Below, one piece after another: positions 23,941 to 35,266 of a DNA stretch of 64,000 nt. Within the stretch, counting starts at the first letter, position 1. The number at the start of each line of letters is the position of its first letter. This stretch comes from Camelus ferus. Lineage: Eukaryota. The stretch is taken from contig NC_045697.1 in NCBI RefSeq assembly GCF_009834535.1, positions 107,634,001-107,698,000 on the forward strand. Reading direction: 5' to 3'. The notes under the pieces were generated by a model. The model did not search any database and had not been told where the DNA came from. It saw only the letters and a list, made by a program, of their open reading frames with translations. Both the position numbers and the translations under genes were made by a program.

Positions 23941-24031
23941 AATATGGAGCACTTCACAAATTTGTGTGTCATTCCTGCTAATCTTCTCTACATCGTTCCA
24001 ATTTTAGTAGATGTGCTGCTGAAGCAAGCAC
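23941..24031 (-). pseudogene. RNU6: U6 snRNA retropseudogene (13-nt internal deletion) fused 5' of an L1 3' end
   Basis: Reverse complement GTGCTTGCTTCAGCAGCACATCTACTAAAATTGGAACGATGTAGAGAAGATTAGCAGGAATGACACACAAATTTGTGAAGTGCTCCATATT; TSD TATAGTGTTTT at 23581-23591 and 24032-24042 encloses U6 plus L1. Confidence 0.95.
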
Positions 24032-24949
24032 TATAGTGTTTTATATTTTACAAAATGGTGAATATGGATACTTTAATACTTAGAAGAAAATTAATGAGGG
24101 AACTTCCAAAACAAATAAGTAAATATCCATCCCACCATATGCAAAAGGAGAATTTTATAATTTCATCATGGTTACATGAGGTTGTGTTGGCTCACGGGAG
24201 TGATTCCATGTTTGCTTATTAACATTAATGGGTCTTCCACTGATACAGGCCAAGGACTGAGAAGCCCACTCGCAAGTCCTTGAAAGAATAATAAGACATG
24301 AGAACATACTAGTAGTGATTACAGATAATTGTTTATTTTCTTCTGAATACTCTTCTGTATTTTTCATGTATAGAAAGCATGTACAGATTTTATTTTAAAA
24401 TATAAAAAACAATAGCAAGTACAGTCCATAAAATGAAAACAAACACAGTTAAATGAACAGGAAGGGAGAAACAAAGATTTTAAGGTTTAATTACCAGTCA
24501 TTTAGAGAAAGATCTTCCTTCACCAGTTTGAAACAGAATCTTAATTTATCACATGTAATTTGAGGTAGCCATCATTTTTGCATGCTAAAAATGACTGTTT
24601 CGATAAATATATGTTTTCAATGATAAAACTTTAAAAAATCTAAACTTTAAAACCTTTTTAAAATTACAAAAGCAATATACAATTTTTGTGAAAAACAACT
24701 GATAACTTCTTCACTTAGAACTGTAAATATTTTGCTTTAAATTCTTCCAGATATATAAACAGATATTTTAAAACAAAGGAGGAACCTATCATTTTGTTAC
24801 CTGCTAAATTCACATAACTATATAACCTGAACTTTCCCCCACGTCATTAAATACATGATTTTTGATGCCTGGCCTGCATACTTATTTTAACATAAGTGTA
24901 TATCATAATTTACTTAACCAGTTTCCTTTCGTTAAATATCTGTTTATTT

Positions 24950-27210
24950 TCTAGTTTTTTCCCCATATACCTTTTATCCAGTCTCCCCAAAGTTAACATC
25001 TGACAAAACCATGTCAATACTGAAGCCAGGGAAAATATTGATATAACACAATTAATCTACAGACGTTTCGCACATGTTTTCCAGTTGTCCCTCTAGTGTC
25101 CTTTTTTCTCATTAAAGAGCAATCCAAGATTTACATTACATTTAGTTGTCTTGCATCCTTAGTTCCCCCTAGTTTGGAAAATTTCTGCAGTCCTTCTATT
25201 TTCTAGTTTTTAGCCACTAAGAAGAAGGATGATTTTAATATCTTTGTTCTTGTTTGTATGTGTTTGACCACTTTTCAGTAAAAATTGCTAGCACTGAACT
25301 GCTCAGTCAAAAGCGTTTCAGCCATTTGCTAATTGATACATGGAAATGGTGCTCCAATCTGCACTTCCCTCAGTAGCATCTATTTTTGACTACGATGGCA
25401 TTATCATTGGTCTTCATATCAGGTCGGCTTAGTCACTCAACTTTATTCTTCTTTTTCAAAGTCCTTTTGGCTCTTTCAGGTCTTTTGCATTTCCATATGA
25501 ATTTTAGAAGCCCCTGTCAATTTCTACCAAGGAAAAATCTGCTGGCATTTTGACTGGGATAGCACTGAATCTAGAAATAAATTTGGGAAGAACGGACATA
25601 ATTTAATTAATTGTAAGTTTATATATTAGTTTTTAAAAATTGATAGTTTTTTTTAAAGAACTGGGTTAGTTTGACAGGAAAATTGATCAGAAAGTGCAGA
25701 GAGTTCTCACCTACTCTCTCTACTCCCCAGTTTCCCATATTATTTACGTTGGGAATTATTGTGGTACATGTGTTACAATTGATGAACCAGTATTGATACA
25801 TTATCATTAACTAAAGTTTATAGCTTATGTTACGTAGGATTCACTTTTTGTACATTCTGTAGGTTTTAACAAATATATAATGACATGTATCCACCATTAC
25901 AGTATTATACAGATTAGAAGTTATACAGACACAAAATTATACAGATTACTTTCATACTATTGATTTTTGTATATTGATCTTGTATCCTATAGCCTTGCTA
26001 AACCCACCTGTTAGTTCTAGTGGCTTTTTTGTAGATTCTATTGGATTTTCTAAATAATGACCATATTGTCTGACAGTAAGAGCAGTTTTACTTCTTCCTC
26101 TCTAGAACCTGTAGTTCACTGTTGAAAAGAAGTGTTGATCCATGCCTGGCTCCTGATCTTAGTGGGTAATACATTCAATCTGTCACAGTTAAGTATGATG
26201 TTAGTTAGATTTTTCATGGATGCCTTTTATGATGTTGAGGAAGTTCCTTATTTTACTGAAAAAATGGATGTTAGATTTTTGTCAAACGCCTTTATGCATC
26301 TCATGCTCAGATCATCTTACGATTTTTCTTTTTCAGTTTCATATGGTGAATTACACTGACTAATTTTCTGATGTTAAGCTACTTCTGCATTCCTGTAGTA
26401 TACCCCACTTGGTCATGATGATGTATTATTAATACTGAATTTTGTTTAGAATTTTTTTGTATCTATATTAATGGGTGATATTGATCTACAGTTTTCTTGT
26501 AATGTGTTTGTCCCAATCTGGTGTTAGGAGAATGTTGGCCTCATGGAATTAATCAGAAATTAAATTTAAATTTTCCGGAAATCTGTTTACAGTTGGTATT
26601 ATTTCTTCCTTAAACGTTGGTAGTGTTCACCAGGAAAGCTCTCTAAGCCTGGAGTTTTTTTGTGGGGGAAGGTTCTTAACTACATATTCAATTTTGGAAA
26701 TAGATGTATAGGGTTCTTTAAGTTGCCTAGTTCTTCTTGAGTGAGCTTTGATAGTTTGTACCTTTCAAGTTTTTCCTGTCACTCATGCAGTTTCCTCACA
26801 TGCATGCACTAATCAATACTCTGCTGAAAACTCAGGGGGCCTCTGTACACCTGCAGGGTTCTCTCTCTGTGCAGCTCTTTCTTCTCTGGTACCCTGGCCT
26901 GTGACTGCTAAGCGTTTTGGTTTCTTGGACGGTCAGCTCCATCTCAACTCCGGGAGTCCGCTGGGCTGAGCCGAGAGCTCTGTCCCTGCACAGCAGCCCC
27001 GACCCCCTCCCAGAGCAGTAAGCTGCGGCAAGCGTGGGCCTCCCCTTCCTTGTTTCCTATCTTCCAGGGGTCATTTTTCTTCATTGTCTGCTGCTCGTTG
27101 CCTTGAGAACTCTTCTTAAATTTTATCTTTTTCTTTCTTTTGGGGGATTTCAGGTGGGAGAATAAATCGAGTCCCTGTTACTCCATCTTGTGTGGAAACA
27201 GAAGCCCCTT
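24950..27210 (-). mobile_element. Patchwork of old L1 fragments (ORF2 pieces, nested 3' end at ~25620-25960, 5'-end-like piece at ~26780-27210)
   Basis: GGTCTTTTGCATTTCCATATGAATTTTAGAA; GTATATTGATCTTGTATCCT; CCCTGTTACTCCATCTTG 5'-end motif. Confidence 0.7.
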
Positions 27211-27604
27211 ACATGTTTTTATATCTTTGTAGCAAAGTTTTTTCATAGTCCAAAATTTCTTAATTTACATTTGGCAGAGGCTACGTACCTTTGAACAGCA
27301 ATGAATTCCTCAAGAACTGTTTAAAAAAAACCTCTGAGAATCCCCTGTAAGTCTTTATTACTTAATCTGTGAAAGTGCTAAAAACTGTAAAGCTCTATAG
27401 AGTTATGATGTATTATTATTGTTATATGTTCCATGCTATACAAAACTTTATATATATTTTAGGCTTACATTGTTCTGCTTTCACATAAGATTTAGGAACA
27501 ACTGAGTAAACAGTATTATGAGATGCTTAATTTTGGTAACTTAACCACTTACACTTAATAAGTATTTCTAGTTTAACCATGAGTCATTACATATGAAGAT
27601 CCTT

Positions 27605-27755
27605 GGGGGAGGGTATAGCTTAGTGGCAGAATGAGCTTAGTATGCAGGAGGTGCTGGGTTCAATCCCCAGTATCTCTGTTAAAAGTAAAAACAAACAAAC
27701 AAACAAATCTAATTATCTCCTCCCCATCCCCAAACCATCACCCCAAATTTAAAGA
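27605..27755 (+). mobile_element. tRNA-derived SINE (Vic-1-like)
   Basis: GGGGAGGGTATAGCTTAGTGGCAGAA...CTGGGTTCAATCCCCAGTA, then (CAAA)n and CTAATTATCTCC tail. Confidence 0.9.
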
Positions 27756-29053
27756 ACATGAGAATCCTGGACAGGACTATTTTAAAAGTTTATTTTGGAG
27801 AAGGCTTTCTCTTAATATCTTGCCTTTACAAGTTCTAGAACTTTAGGAAATGTTTAAGTGAAAGGAAAGTTAGCAAAAATTATAGTAATTAATGAACATT
27901 AAGGACAAAAATTAAAATACCCATTCAGAGCTGCAAACGTAAAACTCTGTCTCTTATCACAGCTTCAATTGACTACCCTCTAGTGAACACTGAAATCTAT
28001 CAAGTTCAATTACTTTATAAGTGATAAAATAATTATAAGTTTCCAAAAATGATGGCAGGAATCTCAGTAAGTGCTTTTGGAGCTTGGAACTCTATTCAGT
28101 TTTTTGATTTTTTTTTTTTAATATATAACTTGTAATAGCTTAGTGAATAGTTTAGCAATCTCTTTCTTAAAACTTTTTTCACCCATGGTAAATATTTTAA
28201 ATGTATCTAATGAATGGGAGGAAGGCTTTCATAAACATATGAAAGTCTGAAGATAAAGGTTAAGCCAGTGGGAAGAATTTCCCTTTGCAGAGAAATGCAT
28301 TCGCTCATTCCGCCACTGTTCGGCAGAATAATAACAACCAACCAGCCAATCAGCCAAAAAAAAAAAAAAAAAAAAAAAATTAACAACCAACTCTTTCAAG
28401 ATCACCTCATTAGTATTCTCAGGTAACTGTCTGCAGGCTTTAGAGATAAATGAATTAACTGTGAATCCTTACTTGAGAAAAATTCTCTTTTATTCATGAT
28501 GAAAGAGGAAATAAAACTAGCCCTTTGATGGGTGAAATTTAACACAATGTGTATTTTAAAAGGATAAGTTTGCAAGTTGTCATAAACCAAATCAATCAAA
28601 TATAGTAAAGGAACTAAGATTCTGAATCAAACCCTCTTCTGTATTTTGATTCATCCTATTTTGATTCATATGGTTACCACATCCTATCAAATACAGAAAC
28701 CAGTGAGCCGCATTAATTGGACACCTGACAGCTTTCTGGTTAAGCACTTACAGACTCTTAACATTAAAACGATCAGGAAATGTCAACTTGATTTGAATAG
28801 AACTGCAAGACTGAAATTTCTTGTAAGAAAAAAAAAATTACTGACTATTGTATCAATTTGGAGACTTCTGGGTCCAATGAGAACAAACATGATATATTTC
28901 CTCCATGGGAAATGCACCACATTGGGCATGGAGTTTATCCTAATCTTCTGCTTCTTCCAAACATGTCCTGCCGCAACTGTGAGGATGCTGGCCACTGTGA
29001 ATTATTTTTTAGGAGGGAAACTTTAATCTTTTCCTTTTAAAAAATCAGTCATG

Positions 29054-29815
29054 CAAATGCTGGAGAGGCTGTGGAGAAAAGGGAACCCTCCTACACTGCT
29101 GGTGGGAATGCAGTTTGGTGCAGCCACTGTGGAAAACAGTATAGAGATTCCTCAAAAGACTAGGAATAGACTTACCATATGACCCAGGAATCCCACTCCT
29201 GGGCATATATCCAGAAGGAACCCTACTTCAAAAAGACACCTGCACCCTAATGTTCATAGCAGCACTATTTACAATAGCCAAGACATGGAGACAGCCTAAA
29301 TGTCCATTAACAGATGACTGGATAAAGCAGATGTGGTATATTTATACAATGGAATACTATTCAGCCATAAAAACTGACAACATAATGCCATTTGCAGCAA
29401 CATGGATGTTCCTGGAGAATGTCATTCTAAGTGTAGTAAGCCAGAAAGAGAAAGAAAAATATCATATGAGATTTCTCATATATGGAATCTTAAAAAAAAA
29501 AGAACATAAATACAAAACAGAAACAGACTCATACACATAGAATACAAACTTGTGGTTGCCAAGGGGGGATGGTGGGAAGGGATAGACTGGGAGTTCAAAA
29601 TTTGTAGACACTCATAGGCATATGTAGAATAGATAAATAAGATTATACAGTATATAGCACAGGGAAATACATACAAGATCTTATGGTAGCTCACAGCGAA
29701 AAAAAATGTGACAATGAATATATGTATGTTCATGTATAACTGAAAAATTGTGCTCTACACTGGAATTTGACACAACATTGTAAAATGACTATAACTCAAT
29801 AAAAATTTTTTTTTT
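29054..29815 (+). mobile_element. Young 5'-truncated LINE-1 (ORF2 C-terminus plus 3' UTR)
   Basis: Perfect 14-bp TSD AAAAATCAGTCATG at 29040-29053 and 29816-29829; ORF MFIAALFTIAKTWRQPKCP. Confidence 0.95.
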
Positions 29816-29834
29816 AAAAATCAGTCATGGTAGC

Positions 29835-30155
29835 TCTGTCACATGCTATGGCATGATGAATCTGGAAGACATTATCCTACGTGAGATAAGCCAGACTCAG
29901 AAGGATTGATACTGTATGATCCCGCTTATATGTGGTTCCTAGAGACATCAAATTCAAAGTAGAATGGAAGTTGCCAGGGAGGTGGGGAGTAGGGGAGTGT
30001 AGTTTAACTAATATAGGGTTTAATTTTGCAAGATGAAAAGAGATTTGGTGACCCACTGCGTAACAAGGTGAATATACCTCACTCTACTGAACTGTCACGT
30101 GAAAGTGGTTAGGATGGACATTTTCACGTCATGTGTATTTTACCACAATTTAGAA
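29835..30155 (+). mobile_element. L1MB-like 3' end
   Basis: GAAGACATTATCCTACGTGAGATAAGCCAG...TTTTGCAAGATGAAAAGAG...GTATTTTACCACAATT. Confidence 0.75.
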
Positions 30156-30472
30156 TGAAACAAACAGACTTTCAGTGACTTCCTGTTGCTGATAACAGTA
30201 ACTCCTGGTATTTTTTTTTCATCAAGGCACACATGGAAATGATCACTGGCATACTAGGGTGCATAAACCAAGTCATTCAAGATCAGAGGTGAGCAGCTGA
30301 GGTCTGTGGCTGTTTCACACTCCGTATGTTTGCCAAAAAGGCTGACACTTCAGTAACTCTTTCACAGATTCCTAGTTAGTAATATATAGATATAGATATT
30401 TAAATATATAAATTTAAAAAGCAATATAAATTGACATATATCTAAATATCTGCCTACAGGCAAGGATGCTTT

Positions 30473-32556
30473 TTTTTTTTTAACATTTTTTATTGATTTA
30501 TAATCATTTTACAATGTGTCAAATTCCAGTGTTCAGCACAATTTTTCAGTCATTCATGGACATATACACACTCACTGTCACATTTTTTTCTCTGTGAGTT
30601 ATCATAACATTTTGTGTATATTTCCCTGTGCTATACAGTGTAATCTTATTTATCTATTCTACAATTTTGAAATCCCAGGCTATCCCTTCCCACCCTCCAC
30701 CCCCCGGTAACCACAAGTCTGTATTCTCTGTCTGTGAGTCTATTTCTGTCCTGTATTTATGCTTTGTTTTTGTTTGTTTGTTTTTGTTTTTGTTTTTTAG
30801 ATTCCACATATAAGCGATCTCATATGGTATTTTTCTTTCTCTTTCTGGCTTACTTCACTTTGAATGACATTCTCCAGGAGCATCCATGTTGCTGCAAATG
30901 GCATTATGTTGTCGGATTTTATGGCTGAGTAGTATTCCATTGTATAAATATACCACATCTTCTTTATCCAGTCACCTGTTGATGGACATTTAGGCTGTTT
31001 CCATGTTTTGGCTATTGTAAATAGTGCTGCTATGAATATTGGGGTGCAGGTGTCATCCTGAAGTAGATTTCCTTCTGGATACAAGCCCAGGAGTGGGATT
31101 CCTGGGTCATATGGTAAGTCTATTCCTAGTCTTTTGAGGAATCTCTATACTGTTTTCCACAGTGGCTGCACCAAACTGCATTCCCACCAGCAGTGTAGGA
31201 GGGTTCCCCTTTCTCCACAGTCTCTCCAGCATTTGTCATTTGTGGATTTTTGAATGACGGCCATTCTGACTGGTGTGAGGTGGTACCTCATTGTAGTTTT
31301 GATTTGCATTTCTCTGATAATTAGTGATATGGAGCATTTTTTCATGTGCTTTTTGATCATTTGTATGTCTTCCTTGGAGAATTGCTTGTTTAGGTCTTCT
31401 GCCCATTTTTGGATTGGGTTGTTTATTTTTTTCTTATTGAGTCATATGAGCTGCTTATATATTCCTGGAGATCAAGCCTTTGTCGGTTTCACTTGCAAAA
31501 ATTTTCTCCCATTCCGTAGGTTTTCTTCTTGTTTTACTTCTGGTTTCCTTTGCTGTGCAGAAGCTTGTAAGTTTCATTAGGTCCCATTTGTTTATTCTTG
31601 CTTTTATTTCTTCTAGGAGAAAATTTTTGAGATGTATGTCAGATAATGTTTTGCCTATGTTTTCCTCTAGGAGGTTTATTGTATCTTGTCTTATGTTTAA
31701 GTCTTTAATCCATTTTGAGTTGATTTTTGTATATGGTGTAAGGGAGTGTTCTAGCTTCATTGCTTTACATGCTGCTGTCCAGTTTTCCCAACACCATTTG
31801 CTGAAGAGACTGTCTTTATTCCATTGTATATTCTTGCCTCCTTTGTCGAAGATGAGTTGACCAAAAGTTTGTGGGTTCATTTCTGGGCTCTCTATTCTGT
31901 TCCATTGGTCTATATGTCTGTTTTGGTACCAATACCATGCTGTCTTGATGACTGTAGCTCTATAGTGTTGTCTGAAGTCTGGGAGAGTTATTCCTCCAGC
32001 CTCTTTCTTTCTCTTCAGTAATGCTTTGGCAATTCTAGGTCTTTGATGGTTCCATATAAATTTTATTATGATTTGTTCTAGTTCTGTGAAATATGTCCTG
32101 GGTAATTGGATAGGTATTGCATTAAATCTGTAGATTGCCTTGGGCAGTGTGACCATTTTAACAATATTGATTCTTCCAATCCAAGAGCATGGAATATCTT
32201 TCCATTTTTTAAAGTCTTCTTTAATTTCCTTCATCAATGGTTTATAGTTTTCTGTGTATAATTCTTTCACCTCCTTGGTTAGATTTATTCCCAGATATTT
32301 TATTACTTTGGGTGCTATTTTAAAGGGAATTGTTTCTTTACTTTCTTCTTCTGTTGACTTATCGTTAGTGTAAAGAAATGCAACTGATTTTTGAACGTTA
32401 ATTTTGTAACCTGCTACCTTGCTGAATTCTTCAATCAGCTCTAGTAGCTTTTGTGTGGACCTTTTAGGGTTTTCTACATATAGTAACATGTCATCAGCAT
32501 ATAATGACACTTTTACCTCTTCTTTTCCAATTTGGATCCCTTTTATTTCTTTCTCT
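30473..32556 (-). mobile_element. Young 5'-truncated LINE-1 (~2.1 kb)
   Basis: Perfect 16-bp TSD CAGGCAAGGATGCTTT at 30457-30472 and 32557-32572; poly(A) tail; long ORF2 frame. Confidence 0.97.
30797..32556 (-). pseudogene. Partial L1 ORF2 (RT YADD motif through the Cys-rich C-terminal domain), disrupted
   Basis: 351-aa frame starting [10 protein letters not shown]; frameshift near 31465; [18 protein letters not shown] knuckle; premature TAG at 31145-31147. Confidence 0.9.
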
Positions 32557-32769
32557 CAGGCAAGGATGCTTTGAGGGGTGCAAACAATTTTGTTGGAACT
32601 TTGCTCATCTACCATTTGACCCTGCATCTTACTGGATGTGAACTCCATTTTTCAGAAATGCTCTAATTTACTGATTTTCAGTCAGAAGTAGAACTGCTTT
32701 GCAAATTGTTTAGCATCTCTAGTCTGAACCTTTCAGTACATGCCTTCTGATTTATAGAGTTTCTCCAGG

Positions 32770-33120
32770 GAAATGGCTTCTCAGCAGGTGGTCCTACACT
32801 GCTTCTCACACTTCCGTGTGATGACCAAGCACTGGAGATCTTGTTCAAATGCAGTTTCAGATTCCCTGGGTTTGGGGTGTGCCTTACTTTTTTTTTTTTT
32901 TTTTTTTTTTTTGCATCTCTAACAATCTCTCTAACATTTTTTGAGTATCAAGGCATTAGGGGATGTTCAGGAACTGTGCAGGGGCATTTTTGGTTGTCAC
33001 ACACCTGGGAACACTCCTGGCAACACTTCCTGGTAGGGAGCAGGTATGTTAAACTTCTTGCGATGTGCAGGAGAGTTCCACATAGTGAAAAATTATTCCA
33101 CCCCAAATACCAGTAGTTCC
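32770..33120. mobile_element. hAT-Charlie MITE fragments (MER5/MER20-like)
   Basis: GGGGCATTTTTGGTTGTCAC...CACATAGTGAAAAATTATTCCACCCCAAAT. Confidence 0.55.
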
Positions 33121-33370
33121 CCCCTTTAAAGGCAGAAGCAGTGCTCTCAGGCCTGATAGGTTGCATGCCTAGTGTCGCCCTGAATATTTTAGGATAAAAC
33201 TCACTAAAGTTTTCATACCACTTAGAATGTGACACTCAAGAAAAGTTAAAACCACAGAAAAGGTTTAAAGGTCCTTCTTTAGGGATTTTTCTTTTGGGTA
33301 GGATTAAAAATACCATTAAGATTGTAGCATCTATTTTTCATGTGCTTAGGCCAGAAGTCAATCTGATTTC

Positions 33371-33518
33371 TTTTTTCCTTAAGTTTTTTATTTTTTATTT
33401 TTGTGGGGGAGTAATTAGGTTTTTATCAATTTATTTATTCTTATTGGAGGTACTGGGGATTGAACCCAGGACCTTGTTCATGCTAGGTATGCACTCTACA
33501 CTGAGCTATTCCCTCCTC
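33371..33518 (-). mobile_element. tRNA-derived SINE (Vic-1-like)
   Basis: GGAGGTACTGGGGATTGAACCCAGGACC...ACTGAGCTATTCCCTCC; perfect 13-bp TSD TCAATCTGATTTC at 33358-33370 and 33519-33531. Confidence 0.92.
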
Positions 33519-33859
33519 TCAATCTGATTTCAAATCCTGTTTTTAGTTTAAAAAAAAGTATTGAGAAGCCAGATTCTTCCTCCAAATTTTGTGCAGTTTA
33601 CACTTTAGTGATATAAGTATAAATGCCTTATATACGGCTGGAGCAGGTGCTTTGAGGTATTTCAGAGAAAACGTGGTTTCTGTGCTTGTTGGAAACATGT
33701 CAGATGGAGATTAGATTCCATCTTCACTGCATCCTTTTCTCTCATTCTCACATTGATTTCTGTTAGATGTTTGGACGCACCAGCCATTATACTGGGTTCT
33801 AGAAATTAAGCCGAAATGGTATGGCCTATGTTTTTGAGAGTATGTGTGATGGTAAGGAA

Positions 33860-34078
33860 ACAGGCTTTAGTCCTAGACAGACTGGCTTCAAATCCTAGCT
33901 CAGCCAGATACTTTGTTGTGTGACCTTGAACAACTTACTTAACTAGTTAATTTACAGCTGTGAAATTGGATAATACTAGTACGTACTCCCTGGATTTTTA
34001 TGAGTAATTAATAGATGAAAAACATTTAGAATAATGCCAAGCACATAGCCAGCATTCAATAGATGTTTGTTACTACTA
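33860..34078 (+). mobile_element. MIR
   Basis: GGCTTCAAATCCTAGCTC...TGTGTGACCTTGAACAACTTACTTAAC. Confidence 0.75.
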
Positions 34079-34105
34079 AAATATCCACTTGAGTTTGTTA
34101 AGGGG

Positions 34106-34730
34106 TGTAACCGAGCAGGACCCTATGGGACCTTCCTGGAACAGACTCCACCCTCATGTCCTCTACCTGCCTCTTGTCTACAGTAAACCTTTAGTCTCCT
34201 AGGCTTCCCTGAGTTCCAAAGAGTACATTTAATCTGGGAAGTGAAATAATGCAGGAAAAAGGAAAACAGTCAAGCAAGACAAAATAATACTAGTTTAGCC
34301 ATTAAACAAAGTCAAGGACCTTTAGTTCCTGCTTAAGGACTGTAGATAATATTCTGTCCTTTGAATTGTTTTACAAATACTGAAACTCCCACCAGGTGGA
34401 AGAAGTAAACTGTATGCTGCCCACAAGCACGTAGCTCCCAGGCCGGTTGGAACCAGAAGGTTGAGGATGTTGACACTCAATTACCTCACCACCAACCAAT
34501 CAGAAGAATGCTCATGAGCAGATCACACTCCCCACAATGCCCCTTCCTTAACCCTGTCTTTGAAAGCCTTTCCCTGAAAGCTTTCGAGGAGTTTGGGTCT
34601 TTTAAGCACTAGCTGCCTGGACTCCTTGCTGGGTGCCCTGCAACAAAACGCTGCACTTCACCACAACTCGGGGTCAGTAGGTTGGCTTTACTGCGCAGGC
34701 GCAAGCAGACTCAAGTTTGGTTCGGTAACA
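34106..34730 (+). mobile_element. ERV1-type solo LTR (625 bp)
   Basis: TG...CA ends with imperfect terminal inverted repeat TGTAACCGA...TCGGTAACA; 4-bp TSD GGGG/GGGT; CCAATCAG box at ~34496. Confidence 0.85.
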
Positions 34731-34863
34731 GGGTATTAGCATAGGAAGACAAAGGAGCGTCACAGTACAAAGAACACTGTGTTGCCTAATAAATGTGAAA
34801 TGGTGCCAAGATAAATTAATTGGGGTGCTTCTGTACAGCGGAATGCTATTTAGTAGTTTAGCT

Positions 34864-35043
34864 CAGTGGTTCTCACTTCGGTGTGCCTCAGAATCACCTG
34901 GAGGGCTTGTAAAACCATAGTTGCTGGGCTCCACCCCCTAAGTTTCGGATTCACTGGGCGAGGGGGCAGTGTCCTAGAAGTTCTAAGAAGTTTCCAGGTG
35001 ATGCTGATGCTGCTGATCAGGGACCACATTTTGAGACTCACTG
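34864..35043. mobile_element. MER5A
   Basis: CAGTGGTTCTCA...CAGAATCACCTGGAGGGCTTGT...GGTGATGCTGATGCTGCTG...TTTGAGACTCACTG. Confidence 0.85.
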
Positions 35044-35051
35044 GTTTGGAT

Positions 35052-35266
35052 TAGGGATTCTCTACCTTGGCACTATTGGCATTTTAGACCAGTAATTCTT
35101 TGCTCTGGGGGGCTGTCCTGTGCCTTGTAGGATGTCTAGCGGTTTCCCTGGCTTCTACCTACTTGATGCCAGTAGCCTCTCTTCCTCCTTCCCTGTTGTG
35201 ACAACCAAAAACATCTCCCCAGATGTCCCCTGGGGAGGCAAAATTGCCTCCTGTTAAGAACCACTG
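35052..35266. mobile_element. MER20
   Basis: GGCACTATTGGCATTTT...GGGGGGCTGTCCTGTGC...GATGCCAGTAGC...TTAAGAACCACTG. Confidence 0.85.

Noticed and set aside
23941..24031. Functional U6 gene
   Set aside because: ACAGAGA box mutated (GTAGAGA), stem-loop deletion, TSD and L1 fusion.
28646..29026. 126-aa ORF
   Set aside because: Non-ATG start, no recognisable homology and no convincing exon structure.
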